DNA of 63,888 nucleotides, filler included, from Aduncisulcus paluster (GCA_024181965.1; 31 parts of 31 records of this genome joined end to end with filler, not necessarily neighbours in it); one strand, 5' to 3'; positions 13,883 through 26,829 are shown, counted from the whole stretch's first letter. The notes: generated by a model not told the origin, from the sequence alone. Numbers and translations: made by a program.

Positions 13883-14299
13883 GTGACATCCGAGCTCACC
13901 ACGGCCGTGCGCAGCGCACTCGCCGGGGTTATCGACCCCGAACTTCGCCGTCCCATCACCGAGTTGGGGATGGTCAAGGACATCACGTTCGACGACGCCC
14001 ACAACGTCGAGATCGGGATCTACCTCACCACCTCCGGGTGTCCGAAGAAAGCCGAGATCTCCGAGCGGGTAAGCCAGGCCGCCGCCGATGTCGACGGCGT
14101 CGGCACCGTGCGCGTCCAGCTGGATGTCATGAACGACGAGCAGCGCACCGAGCTGCGCAAGCAGCTGCGCGGCGACAACCCCGAACCGGTCATCCCGTTC
14201 GCCCAGCCCGGCTCCCTGACCCGTGTGTACGCGGTGGCATCCGGGAAGGGCGGTGTCGGAAAGTCCAGTGTCACAGTGAACCTCGCGGCAGCGATGGCG
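13883..14299 (+). CDS. mrp: Mrp/NBP35 ATP-binding Fe-S carrier (partial)
   Basis: VIDPEL..GMVK..GCP N-domain and SGKGGVGKSS P-loop. Confidence 0.9.
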
Positions 14300-14399
14300 N
14301 NNNNNNNNNNNNNNNNNNNNNNNNNNNNNNNNNNNNNNNNNNNTTAATTAATTAANNNNNNNNNNNNNNNNNNNNNNNNNNNNNNNNNNNNNNNNNNNN

Positions 14400-14877
14400 A
14401 AAAGCAGGCGTTCATAAGGTTGGACTTGGATGTTTATTAGGCCTGGAAGATTGGCGCGTGGACACGTTCTATACAGCTTTACATCTGCAATATCTCGAAA
14501 AAAAATACTGGAAAAGTAAGTACTCTATCTCCTTCCCTCGTCTTCGTCCGCACACAGGTGGATTTCAGCCAAATTTTGAAACTTCGCAAAGAGATTTGCT
14601 TCAATTAATTGGTGCGTACAGATTGTTCAATCATCATGTAGAGATATCTCTCTCGACCAGAGAAAGTGAAAAATTCCGAGATAATGCCATGAAGTTGGGT
14701 GCTACTTCATTTAGTGCAGGTTCTAAAACCAATCCCGGAGGCTATTCCAATGCAGAAGAATCACTGGAACAATTCTCAATTAACGATGACCGATCTCCTT
14801 CAGATATTGCCAAGATGATTCAAAATAACGGATATGAAGTAATCTGGAAAGATTGGGACAATTTTATGCAATTGTAG
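14400..14877 (+). CDS. thiH: 2-iminoacetate synthase (3' part)
   Basis: [41 protein letters not shown]. Confidence 0.92.
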
Positions 14878-14881
14878 ATAC

Positions 14882-15602
14882 ATGAAAAATACACAGAAAG
14901 AACGATACAACAGACATATTCTGTTATCTGAAATTGGAGAAAAAGGACAAGAAAAATTATTAAATGCCAAAGTTCTGGTGATTGGTGCTGGCGGCTTAGG
15001 AGCTCCTGTCTTGCAATATCTCGTTGCTGCAGGAGTAGGTAATNNNNNNNNNNNNNNNNNNNNTTGGTATCGTTGATAGTGATGTTGTAAGCCTTTCGAA
15101 TCTTCAACGTCAAATTCTTTATCGAGAAAATCAAATTGGCTTATCAAAAGTTGAACAGTCTAAAAAAACATTACATCAATTAAATTCTAATATTAAATTG
15201 GATAGTTTTAATTGTACGCTTACAGAAAACAATGCAGAAGAACTAATCACGAAATACGATATTATTGTTGGAGCTACTGATAACTTCGATTCACGAAAAT
15301 GCATTGATATCATTACAAAAAAGCAAAAGAAAGCCTTTGTTCATGCATCGATAGGTGAATTTGAAGGACAAGTTTCAGTATTTAACTTTCAAAATGGTCC
15401 CTCTTATTTTGATTTATTTCCTGACACAGCTTTGGAGTCTAATTTACCTTTGGGTGTTCTGGGAGTATTGCCAGGAATTATTGGAAGTATGCAAGCCTGC
15501 GAAGTAATTAAAATCATATTAGGAATTGGTGAAATACTATCGGGTAAACTTTTAGTGTATGATGCATTGACATGCAATTCTCAAATTATCAATTTTGCAT
15601 AG
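14882..15602 (+). CDS. thiF: ThiF/MoeB/HesA adenylyltransferase (N gap inside)
   Basis: [47 protein letters not shown]. Confidence 0.82.
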
Positions 15603-15648
15603 AAACTTAATTGAAAAGCCATTGATTACTGTATCAATGGCTTTACTC

Positions 15649-16002
15649 TTATATGAAACTTTCTCCTGGTCTTTTCTTTTCCTCAGGATGTTTCACCTCA
15701 ATTACAGTATTTAAAACTGTATAGAATTCAACCCTAAAAACAACTGGTCCTGTTAATACTACATGATGATATCTTTCAGGAAAAATAACAATTGGATGGT
15801 TGGGATCTGCATCTAAAGCAGGACCATCTTCATCTTCCCAAACATATTGGCAGTGCCCTTTCTCAACAACAAGCAATCCGATTTTTCCTTTTGGTGCCAA
15901 ATGAGATTTCAAAATAGCCGGTTTTACCGTTTCTTCAGTCATACTTGGCGTACTACCAACTTTTATCGCACCATCGGGTAATTTTTCATTTTGATAATTC
16001 AT
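15649..16002 (-). CDS. DUF1971 / TehB-YeaR-like cupin protein
   Basis: TP..TEETV..AIL..H, PERYHHV..GPVVFRVEFY. Confidence 0.7.
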   Translation of the reverse strand: MNYQNEKLPDGAIKVGSTPSMTEETVKPAILKSHLAPKGKIGLLVVEKGHCQYVWEDEDGPALDADPNHPIVIFPERYHHVVLTGPVVFRVEFYTVLNTVIEVKHPEEKKRPGESFI

Positions 16003-16184
16003 ATGCTTATTTTTATTTATTCTTAATTCAAATGTAATTATTTTAATCAAATAATCTTTTCAATTTCAGATTTATTCAAGCTAAGTTTATTTAAACGAAT
16101 TCAACACAACAAGTAGCTATAAACTGCGTATACATTGGGACTAAACCATTTTATAATTCGTTAGTTATCATAGCAATATTTCTT

Positions 16185-16375
16185 ATGAGAAAATTATTCC
16201 TTTACATTCTAATTTCATTTATCTCATTTACAGCAGTCTCACAAAATAAAGTTGATAGTCTTAAGAATCTTCTTGACTCATCTGAGGATAAAGAGAAAGC
16301 ATACATATATTACCAGCTTTCTCGCGAGTTGTATTACAAAGACGTACTACAAGTAAAATATTATTCATTAAAAGC
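16185..16375 (+). CDS. Secreted TPR / sensor kinase-type protein, 5' fragment
   Basis: Signal peptide followed by QNKVDSLKNLL, typical of Bacteroidota TPR sensors. Confidence 0.45.
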
Positions 16376-16474
16376 NNNNNNNNNNNNNNNNNNNNNNNNN
16401 NNNNNNNNNNNNNNNNNNNTTAATTAATTAANNNNNNNNNNNNNNNNNNNNNNNNNNNNNNNNNNNNNNNNNNN

Positions 16475-16671
16475 NCATCCACATGATCCTGATGGAGATC
16501 GTGATGGTGGACCTGCTGCACTACCACGTCTACACCGGGTCGGTGGTGATCGTGTTCCTGGTGACGATGGCGGTCAGTGTGCCCGCTTCATGGTTGATCC
16601 ATCGGACTGTGCAGGTGCTGCTGGCCTGGGGCTCACGTCTGCGGAAATCGCTGGCGCAACGAACGCGGTGA
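16475..16671 (+). CDS. Acyltransferase-3 family membrane protein, C-terminal fragment
   Basis: IHMILMEIVM..VSVPASWLIHR. Confidence 0.5.
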
Positions 16672-17263
16672 GCAGGGTCCGTTCGTCTTCCGGACTGTCT
16701 TCGGGATAGGCGAGTAGCGAGACAATCACCCGGACATACCATTTCGCCTTGGTATGGGTTCCGCTATCGGTTGCGGTACGCTTGATGAAAGACGCCACCA
16801 TGGTGTTGATGACCTCGGAGTGCAAGCCGAGAGAGCCGCCGAAATACTCACCCGGCCGGAACCATGCGGACAGCGTCGGATCCGCGCGCACCAGCCGCAG
16901 CGCGGTGACCATCGCTTCGGTCAGGAGTTCGGTGGGATCGTCAATCCCGGCGACATGCTCGGTGACCTGCCGGGTGATCACACCGGCGGCCCGGTGGACA
17001 TACGCGATGTGCAATGCTTCGCGATTCTCGAAATACCGGTAGAGAGTGGCGCGGGAACACCCAGCGGCCCTGGCGATCTCGTTCATGCCGACGGCAGCCA
17101 CACCNNNNNNNNNNNNNNNNNNNNNNNNNNNNNNNNNNNNNNNNNNNNNNNNNNNNNNNNNNNNNNNNNNNNNNNNNNNNNNNNNNNNNNNNNNNNNNNN
17201 NNNNNNNNNNNNNNNNATCTTCTCCGCGGCCACCGATGTCCGGGTGTCGCCCAGCCAGCTCAT
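16574..17263 (-). CDS. TetR family regulator (Rv1255c-like)
   Basis: GMNEIARAAGCSRATLYRYFENREAL HTH; adjacent to the CYP130-like gene. Confidence 0.85.
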   Translation of the reverse strand: MSWLGDTRTSVAAEKXXXXXXXXXXXXXXXXXXXXXXXXXXXXXXXXXXXXXXGVAAVGMNEIARAAGCSRATLYRYFENREALHIAYVHRAAGVITRQVTEHVAGIDDPTELLTEAMVTALRLVRADPTLSAWFRPGEYFGGSLGLHSEVINTMVASFIKRTATDSGTHTKAKWYVRVIVSLLAYPEDSPEDERTLLTAFVAPAISADVSPRPAAPAQSDGSTMKRAH

Positions 17264-17302
17264 CTGAGCCCGTGCTCTCCGCGCCAGCGACTCATCGAAA
17301 CA

Positions 17303-18402
17303 TCATCGCACGCGGATGGGCACTGTCAGGGGCCTTCGTACATATGAACCGTCCGCCCAGCTGACTCCGTCGAGATCGACCTCGAAATCCGGTATGCGGG
17401 TGAGTAGTTCCTCGAGGGCTACCCGCGATTGCATGCGTGCGGCGGCGGCTCCCAGGCAATGGTGATTCCCGTGGCTGAAGGTGAGAATGTTGCGCGGTTT
17501 CCGCAGGATATCCAACTCGCCTGCGTCATTGCCATATTCACGTTCGTCCCGATTGGCGCTGCCATAGAGCAGGAGTGCCCGCCGCCCCGCCGGAATGGTG
17601 GTATCGCCGACGGTGACATCGCGGGTGACGGTGCGCGCCAGGCCTTGTACCGGGGATGTCAGGCGCAGAAATTCCTCCACCGCTCCCGGGATGAGCGATC
17701 GATCGTCGATCAGCTTGCGGCGTTGTTCAGGGTGTTGATGCAGCAGTTGTATTGCACCGCCGAGCATTNNNNNNNNNNNNNNNNNNNNNNNNNNNNNNNN
17801 NNNNNNNNNNNNNNNNNNNNNNNNNNNNNNNNNNNNNNNNNNNNNNNNNCGCCGAGCATTCCGGTGGTGGTGTCGTTGCCGCCCGTGACCATGGTGAAGG
17901 CGAAGCCGAGGATTTGCAGCGTCCCGGCGATATCGCCGTCGGCTCCGACTCCGGCAGCGACGAGATGCGACACGGTGTCGTCTTCGGGTTCGGCACGCCG
18001 CCGTTCGATGAGGCCGGAGAAGTACATCATGAGCTCGCCGACCGTCTGCGCCACCTCGCCCTGCATGGCCTCGATGTCGATCGCGCCGCCGGCCGCGGCC
18101 GCGACAATGTGGTCGGTCCAGCCGTCGAACTGGCTGCGGTCCTCCTCGGGCACCCCGAGATAGTGTGCAACCACCATGGACGGCAGCGGCTTGAAGAGTT
18201 CGACCACGATATCGCCCTCACCGCGCTCTTTCAGGCGCTCAAGACGCTCGACCACGAACTCGCGCACCTTCGGTTCGACGGCGGTGACCTGACGCGGGGT
18301 GAACCCCCGCGAAACCAGCTTGCGGAAGTCGGTGTGCGTGGGCGGGTCTTGCATCACGAACGGGGGGTTGTCGCCCATGCCGGTTTTCTCCAGGTCGCCG
18401 TA
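17303..18402 (-). CDS. Cytochrome P450, CYP130-like (5' partial, N gap inside)
   Basis: MQDPPTH, GGNDTT I-helix, EEFLRLTSPVQ, FSHGNHHCLG heme motif. Confidence 0.9.
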
Positions 18403-18649
18403 NNNNNNNNNNNNNNNNNNNNNNNNNNNNNNNNNNNNNNNNNNNNTTAATTAATTAANNNNNNNNNNNNNNNNNNNNNNNNNNNNNNNNNNNNNNNNNN
18501 NNTGCGTCGTGGCGGAGGGTGGCGGCGGCGCCGATTGCGCCGAGACACCGCCGCATCCAGCAACCGTCAGCAGAGCAGCCAACAACGATCGGACGACGAT
18601 ACGGTCACCGCCAGCAGCGAGGGTGGCTGTTGTCATCTGGCGCGCCCGG

Positions 18650-18892
18650 CTAGCTCAGGACCTCGACCCGGTAGTTCTCGATCACGGTGTTCGCCAAAAG
18701 CTTGTCGGCGGCGGCCTTCAATGCCGCCTCCGCCTTGGCCTTGTCGGTCGCGGCGAGCTCGATGTCGAACACCTTGCCCTGGCGAACGCTCGCGATGCCG
18801 TCGACGCCGAGCGATTTCAGCGCGCCCTCGATCGCCTTGCCCTGCGGATCGAGGATGCCCGACTTCAACGTAACAGTGACACGTGCCTTCAC
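18650..18892 (-). CDS. purS: Phosphoribosylformylglycinamidine synthase subunit PurS
   Basis: LDPQGKAI..VRQGK..LLANTVIENY. Confidence 0.95.
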   Translation of the reverse strand: MKARVTVTLKSGILDPQGKAIEGALKSLGVDGIASVRQGKVFDIELAATDKAKAEAALKAAADKLLANTVIENYRVEVLS

Positions 18893-18901
18893 GATAGCCC
18901 C

Positions 18902-19632
18902 TTAACTTTTCACCAGCACCGGGCCGCTTCCAGCGGGCCGCTCGTTTTCGATCAGGATGCCGAGCCGCTTCGCGACCTCGGTGTACGCTTCGAGCAGACC
19001 GCCGAGATCGCGGCGGAAACGGTCCTTGTCGAGCTTCTCGTTCGACTTGATGTCCCACAGCCGGCAGGAGTCCGGCGAGATCTCGTCGGCGACGATGATC
19101 CGCATCATCTCGTTCTCGAACAGCCGCCCGNNNNNNNNNNNNNNNNNNNNAAGTCGTTGACGCGGATGGCCAGCGCCATGATGTCGTCGATCTCCTGGGG
19201 CGTGGCCCAGCCGAACGCGGTGATGTGCTCTTCCGACACCATCGGGTCGTTGAGCTGGTCGTTCTTGTAATAGAACTCGATGATCGAGCGCGGCAGCTGG
19301 GTGCCCTCCTCGATCCCGAGCCGCTGCGACAGCGAGCCGGCGGCGACGTTCCGTACCACCACCTCGAGCGGCACGATCTCGACCTCGCGAATCAGCTGCT
19401 CGCGCATGTTGAGGCGACGGATGAAGTGGGTCGGCACCCCGATGTCGTTGAGGTGCTGAAACAGGTACTCCGAAATCCGGTTGTTGAGGACGCCCTTGCC
19501 CTCGATCACCTGGTGTTTCTTGGCATTGAACGCGGTCGCGTCGTCCTTGAAGTGCTGGATCAGGGTTCCCGGCTCGGGGCCTTCGTAAAGCACCTTGGCC
19601 TTGCCTTCATAAATGCGGCGTCGACGGCTCAT
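18902..19632 (-). CDS. purC: SAICAR synthase (N gap inside)
   Basis: [37 protein letters not shown]. Confidence 0.95.
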
Positions 19633-19803
19633 TGGGATGTACCGTGTTTTGTTGAAATCCATGAATTTGGGTGCTCCGGATGACTTGGGGTTACGACCCA
19701 CGANNNNNNNNNNNNNNNNNNNNNNNNNNNNNNNNNNNNNNNNNNNNTTAATTAATTAANNNNNNNNNNNNNNNNNNNNNNNNNNNNNNNNNNNNNNNNN
19801 NNN

Positions 19804-19991
19804 CGCCGCGCGTCGGCGTCGAAGCCGCCGTCGAAGGCGACTGGGCGCGCTGGCTCGGCGACGACGGTGCGTTCGTGGGCATGACCGGCTTCGGCGCGTC
19901 CGCGCCGGCCGACGTGCTCTACCGCGAGTTCGGCATCACGCCTACGGCAGTCGCCGCAACCGCAAAACAGCTCATCCAACGGGCGAATTGA
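19804..19991 (+). CDS. cbbT: Transketolase C-terminal fragment
   Basis: [27 protein letters not shown]; directly upstream of a class II aldolase. Confidence 0.7.
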
Positions 19992-20006
19992 AAGGAGGAC
20001 GCCACG

Positions 20007-20900
20007 ATGGCGCGGATCACCCTGAGGCAATTGCTGGACCACGCCGCGGAGCGCGGCTACGGCGTGCCGGCCTTCAACATCAACAACATGGAGCAGGGCC
20101 TCGCGATCATGGAGGCGGCGGCCGCCTGCGATGCGCCGGTCATCATCCAGGCGTCGCGCGGCGCGCGGTCCTATGCCAACGACATCATGCTGGCGAAGAT
20201 GATCGATGCGCTGGAGGAGATGTATCCGCAGATCCCGCTCTGCCTGCATCTCGATCACGGCAATGAAGAGGCGACCTGCGCCACCGCGATCCGCTACGGC
20301 TTCACCTCGGTGATGATGGACGGCTCGCTCAAGGCCGACGCCAAGACCGCAGCCGACTATGACTATAATGTCGACATCACCCGCCGCGTGGTCGATATGG
20401 CGCACTGGGTCGGCGCGTCGGTCGAAGGNNNNNNNNNNNNNNNNNNNNCCCCGACCAGGTGGTCGATTTCGTCCGCGCCACCAAGGTCGATGCGCTCGCG
20501 ATCGCGATGGGCACCTCGCACGGCGCCTACAAATTCACGCGCAAGCCGGACGGCGAGATTTTGGCGATGCGCGTGGTCGAGGAGATCCACACCCGGCTGC
20601 CCAATACGCATCTGGTGATGCACGGCTCGTCCTCGGTGCCGCAGGCGCTGCAGGACGTGTTCAACCGGTTCGGCGGCGAGATGCCGCAGACCTGGGGCGT
20701 GCCGGTCGAGGAGATCGTGCGCGGCATCAAGCACGGCGTGCGCAAGGTCAACATCGACACCGATTGCCGGCTGGCGATGGCCGCGGCCTTCCGCAAGGTC
20801 GCCGTGCAGTCGAAGAGCGAGTTCGATCCGCGCAAGTTCCTGAAGCCCGCGATGGATGCGCTGCGCGAACTCTGCCGCGACCGCTTCGAGCAATTCGGCA
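20007..20900 (+). CDS. cbbA: Fructose-bisphosphate aldolase class II (Calvin-cycle type), partial
   Basis: [43 protein letters not shown]. Confidence 0.9.
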
Positions 20901-21120
20901 NNNNNNNNNNNNNNNNNNNNNNNNNNNNNNNNNNNNNNNNNNNNTTAATTAATTAANNNNNNNNNNNNNNNNNNNNNNNNNNNNNNNNNNNNNNNNNNNN
21001 GTTAGATATGAATAGCTCTTATAAATCTCAACTAACAAAAGAACTAAGAGAAGAGAGTATACTTTCTAAAGATAACAAACCAACTGATCCATTCTTGTGT
21101 ATATGGTTGAGGGGATAAAA

Positions 21121-21468
21121 ATGAAAAAAGAAAATTTATTGATAGTGATTTCAACGGATAATGTTGATAGTATATTAAAGTTTCCATTACTTTATGGTGG
21201 AGTTTCACTTCCAAGAGGGTATTGGAAACGAGTACATATAATGTTTTGGGGTTCGTCTATAAAGTCTGTGGTTAAAACAAAAAAGATACAGAAAAAAGTA
21301 AAAGAGATGAGGAAAGATGGTGTAGAATTTAGCTCTTGTATTGTTTGTGCAGAAGAGTATAAAGCTGTCAAAAAACTAGAAAAAGTAGGAATAGTTTGTA
21401 ATCATACAGGGGAGCTTTTAAATAAAGCATTACAAAATGATAAGAAATGGTCTACTCTTACTGTGTAA
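21121..21468 (+). CDS. DsrE-family protein
   Basis: W..VHIMFWGSS..GVEFSSCIVCA pattern. Confidence 0.65.
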   Translation: MKKENLLIVISTDNVDSILKFPLLYGGVSLPRGYWKRVHIMFWGSSIKSVVKTKKIQKKVKEMRKDGVEFSSCIVCAEEYKAVKKLEKVGIVCNHTGELLNKALQNDKKWSTLTV

Positions 21469-21532
21469 ACACACTATCATTTTACAATAAAATAAGATAA
21501 CATATATCTATAACAAAATAAAAGGATAAAAA

Positions 21533-22111
21533 ATGAAAGTTCTTTTAACAGGCTCTACTGGATATATAGGTAGACGATTAANNNNNNNNNNNNNNNNNNN
21601 NNNNNNNNNNNNNNNNNNNNNNNNNNNNNNNNNNNNNNNNNNNNNNNNNNNNNNNNNNNNNNAGTATTGAACTAAAACTTTTTGTTAGAAATAAAAATAG
21701 TCTTTCAAAAGAGGTGTTAAGAGATATAGAAGTTATAGAGGGGGATACATTTGATAAAGACAAACTACGACTTGCTTTGAAAGATGTAGATACAGCTTAC
21801 TATATGGTTCACTCTTTAAATAGAGAAAACTATAAAGACTTAGACAAAATATCAGCACAAAATTTTATAGATGTGGCAGAAGAGTGTGGTGTAAAAAGGG
21901 TGATATATCTAGGTGGTTTGGGAGTGAAAAACGACCTTACGAGTGAACATCTTTTAAGTCGAATAGAAACAGGAGAAGTACTTAGCTCATCTTCTACAGT
22001 ACAAACTATATGGATAAGAGCAGGGGTAATTATAGGGTCTGGTAGTACTAGTTTTGAGATTATTAGAAATCTTACTGAAAAACTTCCTATCATGACAACA
22101 CCAAAATGGGT
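21533..22111 (+). CDS. NAD(P)H-binding SDR oxidoreductase (YbjT-like), partial
   Basis: MKVLLTGSTGYIG, AYYMVHSL, IYLGGLG, SEHLLSR, IIGSGSTSFE. Confidence 0.85.
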
Positions 22112-22348
22112 NNNNNNNNNNNNNNNNNNNNNNNNNNNNNNNNNNNNNNNNNNNNTTAATTAATTAANNNNNNNNNNNNNNNNNNNNNNNNNNNNNNNNN
22201 NNNNNNNNNNNCGGTCTACACGCCGAAGTCTGCGGCCGCGACCATCGCCTGATGAGCCCTGACCTGGCGGGCGTCGGGCTGCGCCCGCCAGGTCAGCACC
22301 ACCCCTGCAGCCCGAAAGCCCAAGCCCAACAGCCCGAAAGGAACAGCC

Positions 22349-22810
22349 ATGAGCACCAATCAGACCGACGAAACCACCGACGCCCTACACCCCGTCGACC
22401 CCCGCAAGGCCCGCGAGCACGCCGCGGACTACCTCGGTTTCCTCGCCGGGGTGTCCTTCAGCCTCGGCAGCAACGAGACATGGGAGCTCCCCAACCCGGC
22501 GTTCCTCGATGTCGAGCAGCGCAAGCGGTACCGCGACTACCAGCGGGACCTGAAGAACGTGGATACCGAGCTCGTCGATCATCCGCTCATCGACGGCAAG
22601 AAGATCGAGCGAGATATCTACCCGTATGTCAAGGACGGCAAGGACTTCGATCCCGACGAGCAGCTGTGCATCGCGCTCATGGGCAACAAGATCTACGCCA
22701 AGTTCCTCGCCGCTGGCGGTGTTCCCGGTCAGATCGATACGCACTGGAAGATGATGCAGCGCCAGCTGGAGGAGNNNNNNNNNNNNNNNNNNNNCTCCAA
22801 AAGTAATTGA
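22349..22810 (+). CDS. Mycobacteriophage-type tail assembly chaperone (prophage)
   Basis: Lies after a major-tail-like tail end (YTPKSAAATIA*) and before an overlapping out-of-frame ORF; AAAGGAA RBS. Confidence 0.7.
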   Translation: MSTNQTDETTDALHPVDPRKAREHAADYLGFLAGVSFSLGSNETWELPNPAFLDVEQRKRYRDYQRDLKNVDTELVDHPLIDGKKIERDIYPYVKDGKDFDPDEQLCIALMGNKIYAKFLAAGGVPGQIDTHWKMMQRQLEEXXXXXXXSKSN

Positions 22811-23234
22811 GGCCCTGGCTCTTTGGTGCCGTTGGCCCGATGAGATCGAAGCCGACCTCCGGTTTAGGGGAGTGCGGATCGCGGACTGGCACCAGGGCAC
22901 ACGCGATCAGCGCGGTGCTCTGGTGCTGTCCAGTCGTCAACTACTGGCGTTGATACGCAGTCTGCCCGAAGACTCGGAGTTCAAAACCCATGCGCCGCCG
23001 CCGTTTGGCCGCGACGGCGACTGGACGCAAATGCAGAAGATCATCGCTGAAACCCACAACGAGCTGGCGGCATATCGCGCCAGTAAGTACGCGGGGACAC
23101 CGCACGAGTACATGTACACGAAATACTCATCGCCCCTCGAGGCCCGCGAGCGGGACAAACGGATGGCCGCTGAGAACGCATACGTCGAATCAGCGCGAGA
23201 TGAGTTGCTAGAGGACGTGTTTCCCGATCAATGA
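22797..23234 (+). CDS. Tail assembly chaperone, frameshifted C-terminal extension
   Basis: Open frame PKVIEALALWCRWPDEIEADL..RIADWHQG starts at CTCCAAAA with no RBS. It is followed by AGGAGGTG plus ATG at 23249, the probable tape measure start. Confidence 0.7.
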   Translation, partial: PKVIEALALWCRWPDEIEADLRFRGVRIADWHQGTRDQRGALVLSSRQLLALIRSLPEDSEFKTHAPPPFGRDGDWTQMQKIIAETHNELAAYRASKYAGTPHEYMYTKYSSPLEARERDKRMAAENAYVESARDELLEDVFPDQ

Positions 23235-23361
23235 GCAGGAGGTGAACCATGCCCGTCGAGANNNNNNNNNNNNNNNNNNNNNNNNNNNNNNNNNNNNNNN
23301 NNNNNTTAATTAATTAANNNNNNNNNNNNNNNNNNNNNNNNNNNNNNNNNNNNNNNNNNNN

Positions 23362-23581
23362 GCTTGCCTTCGTCCAGCGGATCGAGCAGACGCAGGATCG
23401 ACTCGTCCTGTGTGTCGGCGAACCATTCGCGCGGTTGCGGGGACATGCTCGTGGTCGGCAGGTACTGGAAGAACTCCTGCGGTTCACCGGCCACACCGGT
23501 CGCGCGCAGGGATTCGACCAGCAGGGTGCTGCCGCTGCGCTGGGACGCGAGCACCAGATATGCGGTGGGATGGTCGGACAT
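23362..23581 (-). CDS. stf0: Trehalose 2-sulfotransferase (5' part)
   Basis: [36 protein letters not shown]. Confidence 0.92.
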
Positions 23582-23657
23582 GCGCAGTAGCCTAACGGTA
23601 ATTGTTTTGCATTCGAATAATTGGGTTCGCCATGAATTGCAATCACATCGAACAAAA

Positions 23658-25127
23658 CTATTGTTCGATACCGCGTTCGTCCGCGATGGCGGAACGGTTA
23701 GCTCCCGGTCTGCCGTGGATGCGTAGGAATGTCTCGGTGTACCGAGCGGAAATGCGTGTGCCCGCAAAATCGGAGGGGATCACGTCGAAGGTCTGCTCGC
23801 GCCAGTCGTTCAGGCGCAGCGACAGATCGTTGGCGATGGCTTCGGACTGCTCGTTGGCGTCGAGTCCGAGCAGGTTATGTGCCTCTTCGGGGTCGGACCG
23901 GAGGTCGTAGANNNNNNNNNNNNNNNNNNNNNNNNNNNNNNNNNNNNNNNNNNNNNNNNNNNNNNNNNNNNNNNNNNNNNNNNNNNNNNNNNNNNNNNNN
24001 NNNNNNNNNNNNNNNNNNNNNNNNNNNNNNNNNNNNNNNNNNNGGTGTGGTCGAGGGCCGGTGATGTGGGTGGCGACCGCGCGGCCCGGTGGGCTGTCGG
24101 CAATGTCCCACGGAAGATCCAGAACGGGCCGCGGTGCGTAATTCTCGATATAGCTGTAATTCTTTGTTCGAATAGCTCGAATAGGGTCGAAGGAATCGTG
24201 ATAAGTCTTAGTGGTAAATACCTCGGAACGGACTTCTTCGGGTTCGCCCGATGGCTTATTTATATTGCCGGCGTGGGAAACGCCCTGAACCTCTTCGGGA
24301 ATGTCGACGCCGAGTAGTTCCAAAAGGGTGGGCAGCAGATCGACCCCGCTGAAGAGCTCGTCGTACCGACGCGGCTCAGTGGAGCGGCCGCGCGGGGGGC
24401 GCACGATCAACGAGATGCCGGTGCCGGCGTCGTACAGGGTGGACTTGGCCCGTGGCAATGCCGGGCCGTGGTCGGTCATGAAGACCACCCAGGTGTTCTG
24501 GTCCAATCCCGTCTCGGTCAATACCTCGAGCAGTTCACCGACTTTGGCGTCGGCCACCGTGATGGAGCCGTAGAACTCGGCAAGGTCATCGCGCACCTCA
24601 GGGGTGTCGGGCAGATAGTCGGGGACATTCACTGTCTCGGCATCGGAGGGTTCATAGCGTTCCGGGGGAAAGGGGCGGTGCGTCTCGAAAAATCCAGCGG
24701 TGAGCNNNNNNNNNNNNNNNNNNNNNNNNNNNNNNNNNNNNNNNNNNNNNNNNNNNNGTTGGAGACGTCGTACTCGTCGAATCCCAGCTTCGCCGGATAG
24801 GCCGATTCATGCTGCATTCCGAACAGTGCTGTGTGCCAGCCCGATCCGGACAAAATGTGTGGGAGTGTGCGCACCCCGGCGCGGTATTCCCAGCCGTGAT
24901 GTGCCAGACCGATAAGGCCATTGCTTTGTGGATATCGCCCGGTGAAAAGGGAACCGCGCGACGGCGAACATAGCGGTGCGGTGGCGTGTGCGCGGGTGAA
25001 CAGGATGCCTTCGGCGGCAAGCTGGTCCAGATGTGGGCTGGACACATCGGGGTGCCCGTAGACGCCCAGGTAGCGACCGAGGTCATGCCAATGGACGATC
25101 AGAACATTGTCCCGTGACGCTTCGGCC
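23658..25127 (-). CDS. Formylglycine-dependent sulfatase (Rv0296c-like), N gaps inside
   Basis: [18 protein letters not shown] (CxPxR), [13 protein letters not shown]; upstream of stf0. Confidence 0.9.
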
Positions 25128-25227
25128 NNNNNNNNNNNNNNNNNNNNNNNNNNNNNNNNNNNNNNNNNNNNTTAATTAATTAANNNNNNNNNNNNNNNNN
25201 NNNNNNNNNNNNNNNNNNNNNNNNNNN

Positions 25228-26199
25228 AAAGCATTTGGGTAGCTGTAATAACAGGTTTTGAAGCCATATTTGCTTTTTTAATAAGTTTTTTCTGAATCGT
25301 TGGTACATCATAGTAAGGAACTTCTATTCCTAAATCACCACGAGCAACCATCAATCCATCAGAATTATCTAAAATCTCATCAATATTTTCAACCGCATCA
25401 AACTTTTCGATTTTTGCAATAAGTTTACCATCATAACCATCAAGTAAAGATCTAGCTTTTATCATATCTTTTGCATTTTGAACAAAAGAGATAGCAAAAT
25501 AGTCTACTTTGTTTTCTACACCCCATTTGATATCTTTTTCATCTTTTTTAGTAATAACATTTATATCAATTTTAGTATTTGGAAAGTTTATCCCTTTTCT
25601 TGAACCCAAAGTACCATGGTTTTCAACACGAGCAACAACCTCTTTACCAGTTTTAATAACCTTAGCTCGAATTACTCCATCGTATAAATAAATATATTCA
25701 CCCTCTTTTACTTTGTCAAGAAGCTCAGGATAGTTAATAGATACTACAAATTTTTTACNNNNNNNNNNNNNNNNNNNNNNNNNNNNNNNNNNNNNNNNNN
25801 NNNNNNNNNNNNNNNNNNNNNNNNNNNNNNNNNNNNNNNNNNCAAATTTTTTACTCTCTTCTCTATATCCTACAATCTCCTCTTTGATAAATCTAATTTC
25901 ATCATTTCTATGAAGATCAAAATCCTCTTTAAGTTCACCAATTCGAACCTTTGGTCCAGAAATATCTTGTAAGATACCCACTGTTGTATCAAGGTTTTTC
26001 ATAGCTTTTCTAATGTTTTTTATAGTTTGCCCATGATACTCATGTGTACCATGTGAAAAGNNNNNNNNNNNNNNNNNNNNNNNNNNNNNNNNNAGTTCAA
26101 TCTAAATAAATTTGCACCAGCTTTAATTAAACTTTCAATAATCTCTACAGTATCACTTGCAGGTCCAATAGTTGCTAATATTTTAGTTCTTTTATTCAT
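25228..26199 (-). CDS. pyk: Pyruvate kinase (3' partial)
   Basis: [40 protein letters not shown]. Confidence 0.95.
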
Positions 26200-26265
26200 T
26201 AAATTTCCTTTAAATCTTTTATATATTATAGCGAAGTTTTGTTACCCTAAAGTTACAAAAAAATA

Positions 26266-26829
<564 letters not shown>

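Noticed and set aside
14400-14877. Functional link between thiH and the homologous hydG
   Set aside because: Different scaffolds and organisms; thiH sits in a normal thiamine operon.
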